Shown here one piece after another: positions 40,031 to 53,439 of a stretch of 64,000 nucleotides of DNA (position 1 is its first letter; every line of letters starts with the position of its first letter). The DNA lies in contig NC_043010.1 of NCBI RefSeq assembly GCF_006345805.1, positions 58,838,001 to 58,902,000 of the forward strand, given 5' to 3'. Both the position numbers and the translations under genes were made by a program. Below the pieces are notes generated by a model, which had not been told where the DNA came from, ran no database searches, and saw nothing but the letters and a program-made list of their open reading frames with translations. The DNA comes from Octopus sinensis. Lineage: Eukaryota.

Positions 40031-40344
40031 ATGTCAGAGTATTTTGCATTTTATTTTAACTGAAAAAACTGGGGTGTGACTTAAACAGGTGACAAAGGTA
40101 AAAATAGAAAAGGGAAAAATTTTGTAGTAAGATTTAACCTTAAATTAAAGGTGTGATCTACACCTGAATAAAACAGCAATTTCTTTCACTCCTGTATTTT
40201 TAATTTCTTGCTAAAAACACCCATCAAACTTGTTACTTTCGTCTTTTCTGGATCAATAAAAGGAAGCGCCCCTGCTCACCCCCACCCAAAATGTGTGAAC
40301 TCTTCCACCATTTTTTTATGCTTTGGTAATTTAACTTTGACCTT

Positions 40345-40690
40345 TTCCTCACCAACACCACCATCATCATCACCAACACCACCATCATCATCACCAACAC
40401 CACCATCATCATCACCAACACCACCATCATCATCACCAACACTACCATCATCATCACCAACACCACCATCATCATCACCAACACCACCATCACCATCAGC
40501 AACACCACCATCATCAGCAGCAACACCACCGTCACCATCACCAACACCACCATCACCATCACCAACACCACCGTCACCATCACCAACACCACCATCACCA
40601 TCACCAACACCACCATCACCATCACCAACACCACCATCACCATCACCAACACCACCATCACCAACACCACCATCACCATCACTACTCCTA
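40345..40690. repeat. 21-bp minisatellite (CACCAACACCACCATCATCAT)
   Basis: About 15 tandem units; source of the PSSSPTP / DGGVGD pseudo-ORFs. Confidence 0.92.
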
Positions 40691-41744
40691 TAACAAAATA
40701 ACCAATTATACAAGGGGATCATTGATCCCTATCCATATTTCTTTTCTGATATCCCAGTGGTAGCCTCGTCTTTGTAGACATCAAGGAGTTTATTTTTTAA
40801 AATTGATTGCATAATAATAGAGGTGGTTGGGTGGTTAAGAGATTTGCTTCCCTACCACATGGTTTCAGGTTCAATCCTGCTGTGTCACTAAAGCCTTGAT
40901 AATATGATTTGGTAGATAGAAACTGAAAGATGCCCATCATGTGCATGTGTGTGTGTGTGTTTGTATCTCTTTGTCTTGATATCACATGTTAGATGTAAAG
41001 AAGTGCCACTGTCATACAAGCAGTGTCAATCATTCCCAGTATTCTGCAGTAGACACGTCTGGCCATTGAAGGAATATTAGCTTGCTTGGAGAGAAGTGAA
41101 GATTGGATACAGGAAGGGTTGCTGGGCATAGGAATGTGTCCCAATAGAGCCCATCTGATCCCATGGGAGGATGGAAAAGTGATCAGTAAAAAATTATGAT
41201 GATGATGATGCCAACAACGATGATGACAGTGATGGCAATGACAACCACAATGATGACGACAATGACGAGGCCAGTAACGTACAGTGTGATGTATATCAAG
41301 ATGGTGCTACACAGAATTTGAATACCAAACAATATTAGGAGAAAAAAATTGATTTATTGGACAACAACAACTCAAAGATTACTGTTGATTCTAATTTAGA
41401 CATTGTTAAATTTCGAGATCAAGAAATCTTAGCTATTCAAGAAGTCAGATGAAAATTTACATAAGTGTTACCTCAAACCAGCCGCCAACCATTATAAACA
41501 CAGTTACGTAGTATTTCCCATCAATATATCTTCCTTTAACAAAGTAGCTCTGTATTATAATGATGCATTAAAACAGAGTGGTTTAGGAATAACATTAATT
41601 ATATCAATAATAATATTAATTCTAAAAAAAAAAGAAACAGAAAGTATAAAATAATTTGGTTTAATGAGAGCATCGGAATTGTTAAGCATTTCTTTAAATT
41701 CTTCAATATTTTCTGGGAAATGATAAACAAAATTTTTCAATCTT

Positions 41745-42050
41745 TTATCTTTTACTTGTTTCAGCCATTAGACTGTGGCCATGCTGGGGTACCACCTTGA
41801 ACAATTTTTAGTCGAATGCATCAATCTCCGTACTTGTTTTTCTTGTAACCTTGGTGCTTATTGTTTTAGTCTCTTTTTCTGAACTTCTAAGTTACAGGGA
41901 TGTAAACACACCAACACTGGTTTTCAAGCAGTAGTGGGAGGACAAACACAGAAAACCACACACACATACGCACGCGTACACACACACACACACATATATA
42001 GAGTTAATTAAAAAAAAAAAGGAAAAAGACAAGAGAAGACAACAATGTGA

Positions 42051-42082
<32 letters not shown>

Positions 42083-42200
42083 CAGGATTCTTTTAGTTTC
42101 CATTTGTCAAATCCACCCACAAGACTTTAGTCAGCCTGAGGCAATAGAAGAAGACACTTGCCCAAGATGCCATGCAGTAGGATTGAACCTGGGACCATGT
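41745..42200 (-). mobile_element. SINE family A (old)
   Basis: tttacttgtttcagccattagactgtggccatgctgg...gaagacacttgcccaag. Confidence 0.8.
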
Positions 42201-42214
42201 GGGTGGAAAGCATA

Positions 42215-42555
42215 AAGACCCTCTTCAGTCATGAATGACCATAGGATTACACCTAGAAAGTTACCCTCCCAGGCAAGTTTATTTATGGAAGTCCAGGCAA
42301 GGTTGTTTATGGAAGACCAGCAGTCAGCCATGAATACCAACCTCCCCTCTCTGTGCCACCAATATTATCCAAGGGAAAGGCAAAGGGGCTGATGCAACTT
42401 GGCAACAGTAACGCCACAACTCATTTCTACAGATGAGTGAACTGCAGCAACATGAAATAAAGTGTCTTGCTCAAAAATATAACACACAGCCTGGTCTGGG
42501 GATTGAACTCACTCCCTCATGGTTGTGAGCTTAATGCTTTAACCACTGAGCCACG
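42215..42555 (-). mobile_element. SINE family C variant
   Basis: Reverse complement of 18010-18335. Confidence 0.8.
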
Positions 42556-42743
42556 TGGAAGCATAATAATAATATTGAATCATCATTCAGTTGCACATAT
42601 AATTTTGTTGTAAATACAGCAAGTATTCATTATAGAATTTTAGAATTACCTCCATGCATCCCTTTATATTTTTGTAATGGCATTAATTTTTTTATTTCCA
42701 TTTCCATATTTTGAAGTCAATAACTGATTGTGTAATGTGTATT

Positions 42744-42946
42744 TACTCTTTTATTTGTTTCAGTCATTTGACTGCGGCCATGCTGGACCGCCGCCTTTAG
42801 TCGAGCAAATCGACCCCAGGACTTATTCTTTGTAAGCCTAGTACTTACTCTATCGGTCTCTTTTGCCAAACTGCTAAGTTACGGGCATGTAAACACACCA
42901 GCATCAGTTGTCAAGCGATGTTGGGGGGACAAACACACAGACACAA

Positions 42947-42977
<31 letters not shown>

Positions 42978-43152
42978 CACATCTATACGACAGGCTTCTT
43001 TCAGTTTCCATCCATCAAATCCACTCACAAGGTTTTGGTCAGCTCAAAGCTATATTAGAAGACACTTGCCCAAAGTGCCAAGCAGTGGGACTGAACCAGG
43101 AACCATGTGGTCAGTAAGCAAGCTACTTACCACACAGCCACTCCTGCGCCTA
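42744..43152 (-). mobile_element. Full-length SINE family A
   Basis: Ends ...ccacacagccactcctgcgcct. Confidence 0.92.
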
Positions 43153-43154
43153 TT

Positions 43155-43425
43155 TATAGCTCTGGCACCTGTGTCGGTGGCACATAAAAAACACCATCCG
43201 AGCGTGGCCGTCTGCCAGCCTCGTCTGGCACCTGTGTCGGTGGCACATAAAATCACCCACTACACTCTCAGAGTGGTTGGCGTTAGGAAGGGCATCCATC
43301 TGTAGAAACACTGCCAGATCTGACTGGCCTGGTGCAGCCTTCGGGCTCCCCAGACCCCAGTTGAACCGTCCAACCCATGCTAGCATGGAAAACGGACGCT
43401 AAATGAATGATGATGATGATGATGA
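43155..43425 (+). mobile_element. RTE LINE 3' tail repeat
   Basis: Duplicated ggcacctgtgtcggtggcacataaaa; ends aacggacgctaaatgaatgatgatg. Confidence 0.88.
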
Positions 43426-43779
43426 TTCAGATTCTAATGATGATATCATCCTTACTGTGAATCATTTTAAATAAAGATACAATCAACATAAATATACTTA
43501 CAGAAATCTTTAAACAGCTCTCACCAAAAATTGTGATTGAGATATAAGAATGTTAGAAAGTATAAAAACTTTGAGAAAATATTCAAACATACCAAATATT
43601 ATATTTAGGGTAAAGATGTGTGTGTTCCTTGTATTCCAGAAAATAAAAATGAATACATTGTCCCACAGTAATTCTATTGCAAATATTCTTATGGGCAACA
43701 TAAATTCAAATTTTTTCCTGAAATATATTTAAATACCTAATGGCCAAACACTAAACACCTTCATTTCATAATATTAAAG

Positions 43780-43975
43780 CTGCTCTGGTGAAATTATTAG
43801 TAGCATTTCATCCATATCTATGTTCTGAGTCCAAATTCTGTCATGGTCAACTATGTGTTTCATCCTTTCGGGGTCATTACAATAAGTACCAATCATGTAC
43901 TGGGGTTAATGCAATTGATTTAACCCCTCCTCTGAAATTGCTGGCCTTGTGCCAAAATTTGAAACCAATATTAAA
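43780..43975 (+). mobile_element. SINE family D (old)
   Basis: gttctgagtccaaattc...catcctttcggggtc. Confidence 0.7.
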
Positions 43976-44454
43976 GCTTCTTAACACCAGACAGTTTCAT
44001 ATAGTATCACAGACTCTAAACAGATTAAATGGTTAACCTTTGTCAAAGAGGATCTCATTTTTAATGTTTTTGCTGTTTTATATCAATGTTTTTTCTTTGT
44101 TGAAATATTTCCATCTACGCAATGGACGAACATCAGACACTGCTACCTCATACTGTTATAAGCTCAAAACAAATCAAAAGATTTTCTATTGTTAATGGAT
44201 ATCAAATAATCACCGTTTTATATTTCAGATATCAGTAACAGATTTATTGATACATTTCTGTTATTGATTTAGAACTGATAACGATTGAAAAGCAAAATTA
44301 CAATTTGAGAAAATTTAGTTCACATCTATATATCTGTAAACCTATCAAACTGTCTATTTATATATTTATCATTCAATTTACCTATCTATCTATCTGTGTG
44401 TCTGTCTATTTCTCTATCCATATATACATACATACATAAATGCATATATATGTG

Positions 44455-44510
<56 letters not shown>

Positions 44511-44568
44511 TTATATATATAATATATATATATATGTATGTATGTATGTGTATGTATGTATGTATATA

Positions 44569-44636
<68 letters not shown>

Positions 44637-44637
<1 letters not shown>

Positions 44638-44945
44638 AGGCGCAATGGCCCAGTGGTTAGGGCAGCTGACTCGCGGTCATAGGATCGCGGTTTCGATTCC
44701 CAGACCGGGTGTTGTGAGTGTTTATTGAGCGAAAACACCTAAAAGCTCCACGAGGCTCCGACAGAGGGTGGTGGCGGGCCCTGCTGTACTCTTTTGCCAT
44801 AACTTTCTCTCACTCTTTCTTCTGTCGGCCTGCTCGCTTAGCCAGCAGGGTGGCGTCATTTGAAGGCTAGAACAATGTGAAGCGCATTGTGACCAGTGAT
44901 GTGTAACAACATCTGATAGCCTGGTCGGTCACGTGATCACGTGAT
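44637..44945 (+). mobile_element. tRNA-derived SINE family B (young)
   Basis: ggaggcgcaatggcccagtggttagggcag...ggtttcgattccc (A/B boxes), non-tRNA body, ends in cacgtgat repeats. Confidence 0.88.
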
Positions 44946-45212
44946 ATATATATATATATGTATATGGATGTCTTTTATCTTTTGTCTTGTACTTGTTTCA
45001 GTCATTGGGTTGCAGCCATGTTGGGGCACCCCCTTGAAGGGACTTGGGCCCTTGTGCCCCAAATATATGAAGGCTTTTCAACTTTTGCCTCTGCATTATT
45101 AGAATCGTTTCCTCATTTCCCTTTTCATTTATTATTCTACTTACACACACACACACACACAGAGGCAGACAGATAAACATATATATATATGCACATATAT
45201 GTAAACATGATA

Positions 45213-45638
45213 CTCTTTACTCTTTTACTCTTTTACTTGTTTCAGTCATTTGACTGTGGTCATGCTGGAGCACCGCCTTTAATCGAGCAAATCGACCCCG
45301 GGACTTATTCTTTTGTAAGCCCAGTACTTATTCTATCAGTCTCTTTTGCTGAACCACTAAGTAACGGGGACATAAACACACCAGCATCGGTTGTCAAGCA
45401 ATGCTAGGGGGACAAACACAGACACACAAACATACACACGCACACACATATATATATATATATATACATATATACGACAGGCTTCTTTCAGTTTCCGTTT
45501 ACCAAATCCACTCACAAGGCTTTGGTTGGCCCGAGGCTATAGTAGAAGACATTCGCCCAAGGTGCCACGCAGTGGGACTGAACCCGGAAGCATGTGGTTG
45601 GTAAACAAGCTACTTACCACACAGCCACTCATGCGCCT
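45213..45638 (-). mobile_element. Full-length SINE family A
   Basis: Same sequence as 12030-12448. Confidence 0.92.
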
Positions 45639-45690
45639 ATGATAATGGATATATATTCAATATATTTGTGTATATAAATATTCACACATG

Positions 45691-45743
<53 letters not shown>

Positions 45744-46115
45744 CATACATGTGTGTGTTGTCTATGTGTATTTGTGTGTGTTTGTGTGTGTGTGTTTGTA
45801 TCTGTGTTTCTGTGTATAACAGGCAATAGGTGTTTTCACATAGAAAGCCAGACTAGTCAATCCATGCAGTAGAGCGAAATATTTCTAATGATATAGTCTG
45901 TTATTGACAGTACATTGTGACTGGCAAACATTCAGTAAATGTTTGTGTCTGTTGTCTGATGATCATCGTCGTCTCCTGGACATGAAACTTCATGTCACTA
46001 TGTAATACAACTAACCAATTATAATGTTAAAAGTGTGTGTGTGTGTGTTTACTTGATTTTATGTATGCATATGTGTATCAGCATATAACATATATTTTAG
46101 CATAAATACATTTAA

Positions 46116-46159
<44 letters not shown>

Positions 46160-46175
46160 GTATATATATATATAG

Positions 46176-46495
46176 TGAGGGCGCGTGGCTTAGTGGTTAG
46201 GGCATTCGGCTCATGATCGTAAGGTTGTGAGTTCGATTCCCGGCGACGCGTTGTGTCCTTGAGCAAGACACTTTATTTCACGTTGCTCCAGTCCACTCAG
46301 CTGGCAAAAATGAGTTGTACTTGTATTTCAAAGGGTCAGCCTTGTCACTCTCTGTGTCACGCTGATTATCCCCGAGAACTACGTTAAGGGTACACGTGTC
46401 TGTGGAATGCTCAGCCATTTGCACGTTAATTTCACGAGCAAGCTGTTCCGTTGATCGTATCAGCTGGGACCCTCGTCGTCGTAACCGGCGGAGTC

Positions 46496-46498
<3 letters not shown>
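46176..46498 (+). mobile_element. tRNA-derived SINE family C (young, CpG-rich)
   Basis: gagggcgcgtggcttagtggttaggg...gttgtgagttcgattccc (A/B boxes), CORE-like gtgtccttgagcaagacact. Confidence 0.9.
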
Positions 46499-46531
<33 letters not shown>

Positions 46532-46629
46532 TATAAAATATATATATTTATATATATATTGTATAAAGAATTGTGGGTAAGGCTAAAACAATGTGAAGCA
46601 ATTATTGCATTATATATGTGTATATATAT

Positions 46630-46659
<30 letters not shown>

Positions 46660-46661
<2 letters not shown>

Positions 46662-47890
46662 CATCATCATCATCATCCTCATTGTTTAACATCCACTTTT
46701 CATACTAGAATGGGTTGAACGACTTTGACTGAGGGCTGGCAAACCAAATGGCTGCACCAGGCTCCAATTTTGATTTGGCAGAGTTTCTACAGCTGGATGC
46801 CCTTCCTAACGCCAACAACTCCAAGAGTGTAGTGGGTACTTTAATGTGCCACCAGTACGGGGGCCAGTCAGGCGGTACTGGCCACGACCTCGCTCGAATC
46901 TTTTTACACATGCCACTGGCACAGGTGCCAGTAAGGTGACGCTGGTAACGATCACACTTGAATGGTGCCCTTTTACGTGCCACCGGCACGGAAGCCAGTT
47001 CGCTGCTCTGGCAACGATCACACTCAGATCATGCTCTTGGCACCCTACTAGCATGGGCACAAGTGCCAGTAAGGCGACACTGGTAACAATCGCACTCGAA
47101 TGGTGCCTTTTATGTGCCACTGGCACAGAAGCCGGTTAGCCGCTCTGTCAGCAATCACACTCATATGTTGCTCTTTGCACCCCACTAGCATGGATGCCAG
47201 TCATCGAATTTGATTTTGATTTTGATTTCACTTGCCTCAACAGGTCTTCGCAAGCAGTGTTTAGTGTCCAAAGAAGGAAAAGGTCTGCATAAGCGGGCTG
47301 GTTACACTCCTGGCATAGTAGACGAGGTTGTGGTCTCATTTGGCTTGTCAGGTTTTCTCAAGCACAGCACATTTCCAAAAGTCTCAGTCGCTAGTCATTT
47401 CTTTGGTGAGGCCTAATGTTCGAAGGTCGTGCTTCACTACTTCATCCCAGGTCTTCCTGGGTCTACCTCTTCCACAGGTTCCCTCAACTGCTCGAATGTG
47501 ACACTTTTTCACACAGCTATCCTCATCCATTCTCAACACATGACCATACCAGCACAATCGTTTCTCTTGCACACCACATCTGATGCTTCTTAGTTCCAAC
47601 TTTTCTCTCAAGGTACTTACACTCTATTGAGTATGCACACTGACATTACACATCCATCAGATCATACTGGCTTCATTCCTTGCAAGCTTACGCATGTCCT
47701 CAGCAGTCACAGCCCATGTTTCACTGCCATGTAGCATGGCTGTTCGTACACAAGCGTCATACAGTCTACTTTTTACTCTGAGCGAGAGGCCCTTTGTCAC
47801 CAGCAGAGGAAAGAACTCTCCAAACTTTGCCCAGGCTATTCTTATTCTAGCAGCTATGCTCTCAGAGCATCCACACCCGCTGCTGATTCC
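46660..47890 (-). mobile_element. 5'-truncated RTE LINE (RT C-terminus plus 3' UTR with subrepeats and GAT tail)
   Basis: SESIAARIRIAWAKF..LYDACVRTAMLHGSETWAVT..ARNEASMI; RLCWYGHVLRMDEDSCVKKC..GRGRPRKTWDEVVKHDL. Confidence 0.95.
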
Positions 47891-48927
47891 CCAGCTTATG
47901 GACATTAGATGATGAAGATTATGATGATATATATATGTATGTATGTATGCATGTATACATGTATGCATATATGGCATATACATGTGTAACACTGCAGCTG
48001 AATGTATGCAAGTATGTGCATAGGAATAACTATTGATATAGGGAGATATACATGAAAATATGAATGCACGTCTATATTTACAGTATGTATATTATATATT
48101 CATGCATTTGTGTACATCTGAATGTGTGTGTGTATGTGTACAGAGAAATATACTTACAATTATATATATGTATTAGATATGTGTATATAAATATGCATAT
48201 ATTTATATATGTTCATGTGTTTATATACATACATATGTATGTGTATATGATATACATGTAGGATGAGAGAGAGATAGACAGATGGATAGATAGATGGATA
48301 GATGGATGGATGGATGGATAGACAGACAGACAGATAGATAGACTGACAGAGAGATGCATGTATGTATACAGAAATCTGACTGTACGTTTATATGTGTATG
48401 TAAAAATACCTGTATCATACATGTGTATACCTACATGTGTGTGTGTGCAAGTGTACATATGTATATGCGTGTGTGTGTGTATATATATATATATGTATAT
48501 GTGAGTATATATACATGCAGAAATCTGTAGGTATGCACATAAGCATATGTTTATATGCCATCTTCATCCATATGTATATGTCTCTCGATGTGTGTAAATG
48601 AAGATAGTTGAAATTAGCACTTATTCAATTTATGCATTCTGAAACTGCAAGCAGGAATCCATCAGAGATTCTAAACTGATTATTGTGATAACAGGCAACT
48701 CTATGGAATGGTAACAGTTCATAGAGTTGACTTATGTCAGTCATGTGACACTAATTAACCAATGGAAAGCTCTGCTCTATGCTAATTGCTAACCTTCTTG
48801 CTATATTATCTGTAACGAGTATCTTTCGCTCGTCTCCCCACTCTCCTACTCTACCGTACCTACTTGCAGATATACATACCTGTGTGTGTGTATATGTATG
48901 TATATGTGTGTGTGTATACATGTATAT

Positions 48928-49036
<109 letters not shown>

Positions 49037-49182
49037 ATATATACATATATACGTATATATAAGTATATATACTTATATATATATATAGGTATATATGCTT
49101 ATATATATGTATGCAAATTATATATCTATTTAGATCTACTTTTTGTTCTCTTATATTTCCTCATTCTCTCTCTTTCTGCCTT

Positions 49183-49230
<48 letters not shown>

Positions 49231-50049
49231 TGTATATATATATATATATGTATATATATGTCTTGTTTTTCCTCCCATCTCATCCATCTCCTGATCTAAC
49301 TGTTTAAATTGCATACAAACTTAATGAAAGCTGTCTCCTTCCTCACCACACCTTTTTTTACCACCACCACCACCATCCACCTGGCTACCTCCTAACCCCC
49401 CCCCCCCCGCCGCCGCTCAATGTGCCTCCAATTCTCCATGAAATCGTTCCAAACTAATGCAATTTACACTTCAAACCTTAACGATGATGACTGTGTCACA
49501 GATATTCTACTTAAATGAGGCCATTTCAAATATATATACATATACATATATAAATACATATATAGGTGTGTAGTAGGTGTAGTAGTAGTAGTAGTAGTAG
49601 TCGTAAAATAAGAAATGGAAAGTTCTTGGTAGAGTATAATATATTTGAAAAAATGAATAAAAAAAGGCTTCTGGAAAATTATCAGAAATACCTTTCTAAT
49701 TCATTTTTTTCAATTATATATATATATACACACACACACATGTATACTTATATTTATATCAATCTAGGATTATAATATATATTTTGTGTGTATATATGTA
49801 ATAACCTATCTGTGTGTGTGTGTGTGTGTGTGAGAAACAGAAAGAGCAAGAGACAGGCTTTCATAGTATCTGTAAGAGTTGCAATGGAATTATGAAATTT
49901 GAAGTTTTAGTATCACACATTTATATACTTTGCATGTTTTCCTTATTTATGTTGGACTGTTTACATGCATACATATATATATACATGTAGCCCATAGCTT
50001 ATACCAGTGGGTGTAACCAGCCCACTTATGAATACCCCTCATTCATTGG

Positions 50050-50587
50050 ACAATAAACTTAGCTTGTGAAGACCTGTTGAGGCAAATGAAATCAAAATCA
50101 AAATCTCTGACGTGGCCAATGACAGAACCGCCTGATTGGCACTCGTGCCAGTGGAACGTTAAAAGCACATAAAAATATATCAGAATGTGATCGTTGCTAG
50201 GGTTACGGATTGGCTCCCGTGTTGGTGGCACATAAAAAGCACCATTCGAGCGTGATCATTGCAAGTGTTGCCTTACTGGCACATGTGTCGGTGGCACGGG
50301 AAAAGCAGCTTTCAAACATGATCATTGTCAGTGCCACCAGACTGGCTCCCATGCAGGTAACCAGTAAAAACCACCTTTTAAGCATGGTCGTTTCCAGAAC
50401 CGTCCTACTGGCCCTCATGCCGGTGGCACATAAAAGGACCCACTACACTCTTGGAGTGGTTGGCGTTAGGAAGAACATCCAGCTGTAGAAACTTTAACAG
50501 ATCAGATTGGAGCCTGGTGTAGCCTTCTGGCTCACCAGCCCTCAGTCAAACCGTCCAACCCATGCCAGCATGGAAATTGGACATTAA

Positions 50588-50652
<65 letters not shown>

Positions 50653-50660
50653 AATGATGA
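50050..50660 (+). mobile_element. RTE LINE 3' UTR/tail with long (GAT)n
   Basis: aaatgaaatcaaaatcaaaat...gagtggttggcgttaggaag...ttaaatgatgatgat. Confidence 0.88.
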
Positions 50661-50675
50661 TGATATATATATGTA

Positions 50676-50877
50676 TAACAAAGATGTACAGGTGTCAGTT
50701 AATTACAGCCGTTTCAAGCAGCTCCATTTAATTGATTAGTGAAAACATTACATCAATTTGAAAGAACTGTTTTCATTGGGAACAGTTCCTTTCAAATTGA
50801 TGTAATGCTTTCATTAATCTATTAAATGAAGCTGCTTGAAACGGCCGTAATGAATTGACACCTGTACATCTTTGTTA
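50676..50877. mobile_element. ~200-bp near-perfect palindrome (MITE-like, Tc1/mariner-type tacaggtgtc ends)
   Basis: taacaaagatgtacaggtgtca...gaactgtt / aacagttc...tgacacctgtacatctttgtta, ~95-bp arms with few mismatches. Confidence 0.85.
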
Positions 50878-51428
50878 CTTATTTATATTCTATTCCCCTA
50901 ACTTGGAATCAACACTTTGGAAATACTATAGAAAGTACCTTTATAAAAAGTACAGGTCTGAATTACCAAGATCGGATACCTTCGCTTAGATGGGTTGCAT
51001 TGTCTGCACACATGACAGGAATATCAAGTACGGACACCCCCTACATGGAGTCTTGATATTCAATATTCATATAATATTGTTGGGGGTGATCAAAAATTTA
51101 GAGAGATTTAGTGAAAAAGCTTCTATATGAAATGTCATTTGAAACACAGCAAAATGTTTTTGCAAAAACTTGGAATTTTTTTTTTCTTTTTAATCTAAGT
51201 GTGAAGGTTTTAGAATGAAGGATCTAATACCATGTGAGTTGGGATGGTCACAAGTGGGTTGTCAGAAATCTTGATTGAAATTTCTGCTAGCTAAAATATT
51301 CTTAAAGTTTTTCAGTGAAGACAGATGCTATTCCCTGTTCAAGTCTGTGTTCCTGCTTTTGCTTCTCAAATATCTTTAGCGAAGGTATTAAAGCCTCAAC
51401 ATCCCATCATTGATTTCCAACAATAGTA

Positions 51429-51634
51429 TACAAGGAGGGGCTGAAAAGTTCCTGGCTTTAAGGGAATCACGGAAAGCCTGGCTGGAGGCCTAACCTTTTG
51501 AGTTCTTTTACAGGGCTCAGAAAAACTGAAGGTCCACTGTAATAAGTGTGTGAATTAAGAGGGGAATATTTTGAATAAAATTGTAATTAACTGATCCTCC
51601 TTAATTTTCTTTTACCCAAAGCCAGGAACCCTTC
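51429..51634 (+). mobile_element. Mariner-derived MITE
   Basis: TIRs aaaagttcctggcttt / aaagccaggaac; internal KCV..RGEYFE*-like end resembling a mariner C-terminus. Confidence 0.75.
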
Positions 51635-52227
51635 ATATTTGGATATGCCTAAAAGTTTGGCTCTGTTTTTTAGTATAAATTTATGGAAAATAATGAAGAG
51701 AAAGAGAGAAGGTTACAGAGACAACATTATTGATAAGACCAAATGAATGAATCTAATTATTTCTGTCTACAGATTAATAATATTTAATTAATAAAACTAA
51801 AACACTGGAATCACACGAAACTCAGGTTTAGATTTAATGATGGAAAACTTAAAAAACTTTATTCCCGAGAGAGATTAATCATTGAAGGAAGAAGCCCATT
51901 TTAGTTTTGTGGGGATCCTCAGAGATGACCGACTGAATGACAAATTGGTTGATTTGATTTAGAGAAGAATGGGAACAGGTAAGAATATTCTAGAAACCTC
52001 TCGGTCATCATTACAGAACCGTCTGTACAGGAGTTTCTAGTAAGAGAGAATAAACAGAGCAAAGATGGGGGAAGGATCCAGGAAATCAAAAGCCCAAACC
52101 AAAAGATCAACAGAATTTCAACAACTATTCCTGTCATAACACATCTCAATACGGAGTTGATGGATTTGTTTTCTATCAATTAAGTGTATCGATCTATAAT
52201 CTCTATGGATTTTCTCATCATTTGCAG

Positions 52228-52525
52228 ACATGGCTGCGTGGTAAGAAGTTTGCCTCCCAGCCACATGGTTCCAGGTTCAGTCCCACTGTGTGGCACCTTC
52301 AGTGTCTTCTCCTGTAGCTTCAGGTTGAACAAAATCTTTCAAGTGAATTTGTTAAACACAAACTGAAAGAAGCCCATCTTATTTATGTATGTTTGTCTGT
52401 GTGTCTCTGTATGTGTTTGTCCCCTTACACCACTTGACAATGATGTTAGTTTGTTTACATCCCCATAACTTAGAAGTTCAGCAAAAAGAAACTGATAGAA
52501 TAATTACTAGTCTTCAAAAAAATGA
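52228..52525 (+). mobile_element. SINE family A (diverged)
   Basis: catggctgcgtggtaagaag...ccaggttcagtcccactg. Confidence 0.82.
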
Positions 52526-52544
52526 ATAAATACTGGGGCTGATT

Positions 52545-52809
52545 CATCATCATCATCATCATTAATGTTGACTGAGGACTGGCAAGCCAGGAGGCTACAC
52601 CAGACTCCAATCTGATCTGGCAAGGTTTCTGCATCTGGATGCCCTTCCCAATGCCAACCACTCCAAGAGTGTAGTGGGTGCTTTTATGTGACACCTGCAC
52701 AGGTAACACTAATAATAGAATATGAGAACAGTTCAATAAATACAATCCTGTTTTATTTAGAAAACTTTACAAGAACTTCTTAGGAATTCAACAGCAGGAG
52801 CAGCAGCAG

Positions 52810-52874
<65 letters not shown>

Positions 52875-53050
52875 CATCATCATCATCATCAACTGGCTAG
52901 CCAAAGAGCTAGTTAGGCTTCACTTGTCTGTTTTGCAAGGGTATCTATGGCTGGATGCCCTTCCTAACACCAACCACTCTACAGAGTGTACTGGGTGCTT
53001 TTTACATGCTACTGGCACAGGTGCCTTTACGTGACACCAGTACCCACAAA
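52545..53050 (-). mobile_element. Two RTE 3' tail fragments separated by (CAT)n
   Basis: ggatgcccttcc.aa..ccaaccactc at ~52637 and ~52953. Confidence 0.75.
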
Positions 53051-53124
53051 AGAAACACCTCTTGGTTGGAAGGGTGAATGGGGTGGTGGTATGGCCATAA
53101 AAGACATGCCTGTATATATATATT

Positions 53125-53342
53125 TCTTTACTACCCACAAGGGGCCAAACATAGAGGGGACAAACAAAGGGATTAAGTCGATTACGTTGACCCCAGTGCG
53201 AAACTGGTACTATATTTATCGACCCCGAAAGGGATGAAAGGCAAAGTCGACCTCGGCGGAATTTGAACTCAGAACGTAACGACAGGCGAAATACTGCAAC
53301 GCATTTTGCCCGGCGTGCTAACGTTTCTGCCAGCTCACCGCC
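53125..53342 (-). mobile_element. SINE family D (young)
   Basis: Minus head ggcggtgagctggcagaaacgttagcacgcc...gttctgagttcaaattcc. Confidence 0.92.
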
Positions 53343-53439
53343 TGTATATATAGATGGCCGAATTCTTCAAAATATTTCTGGAAAAAAATTGAAAGTTTGG
53401 CATAAATTTTATAGCCCTTCTTTCTTACTTGCTGGTTCT

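Noticed and set aside
40208-40722. Extensin- or glycine-rich-like ORFs
   Set aside because: Translation of a 21-bp minisatellite
45945-46010. CTGATGA...GAAAC...GTC hammerhead-like string
   Set aside because: Stems I and II do not pair convincingly, and gacatgaa/ttcatgtc forms a competing hairpin
44637-46260. tRNA-like sequences at 44637 and 46176
   Set aside because: SINE heads lacking a full cloverleaf or acceptor stem, followed by SINE bodies
51915-52190. Strong plus donor CAG|gtaaga at ~51978 and a hydrophobic minus ORF
   Set aside because: In-frame stops in all exon frames; more likely a decayed LINE endonuclease remnant
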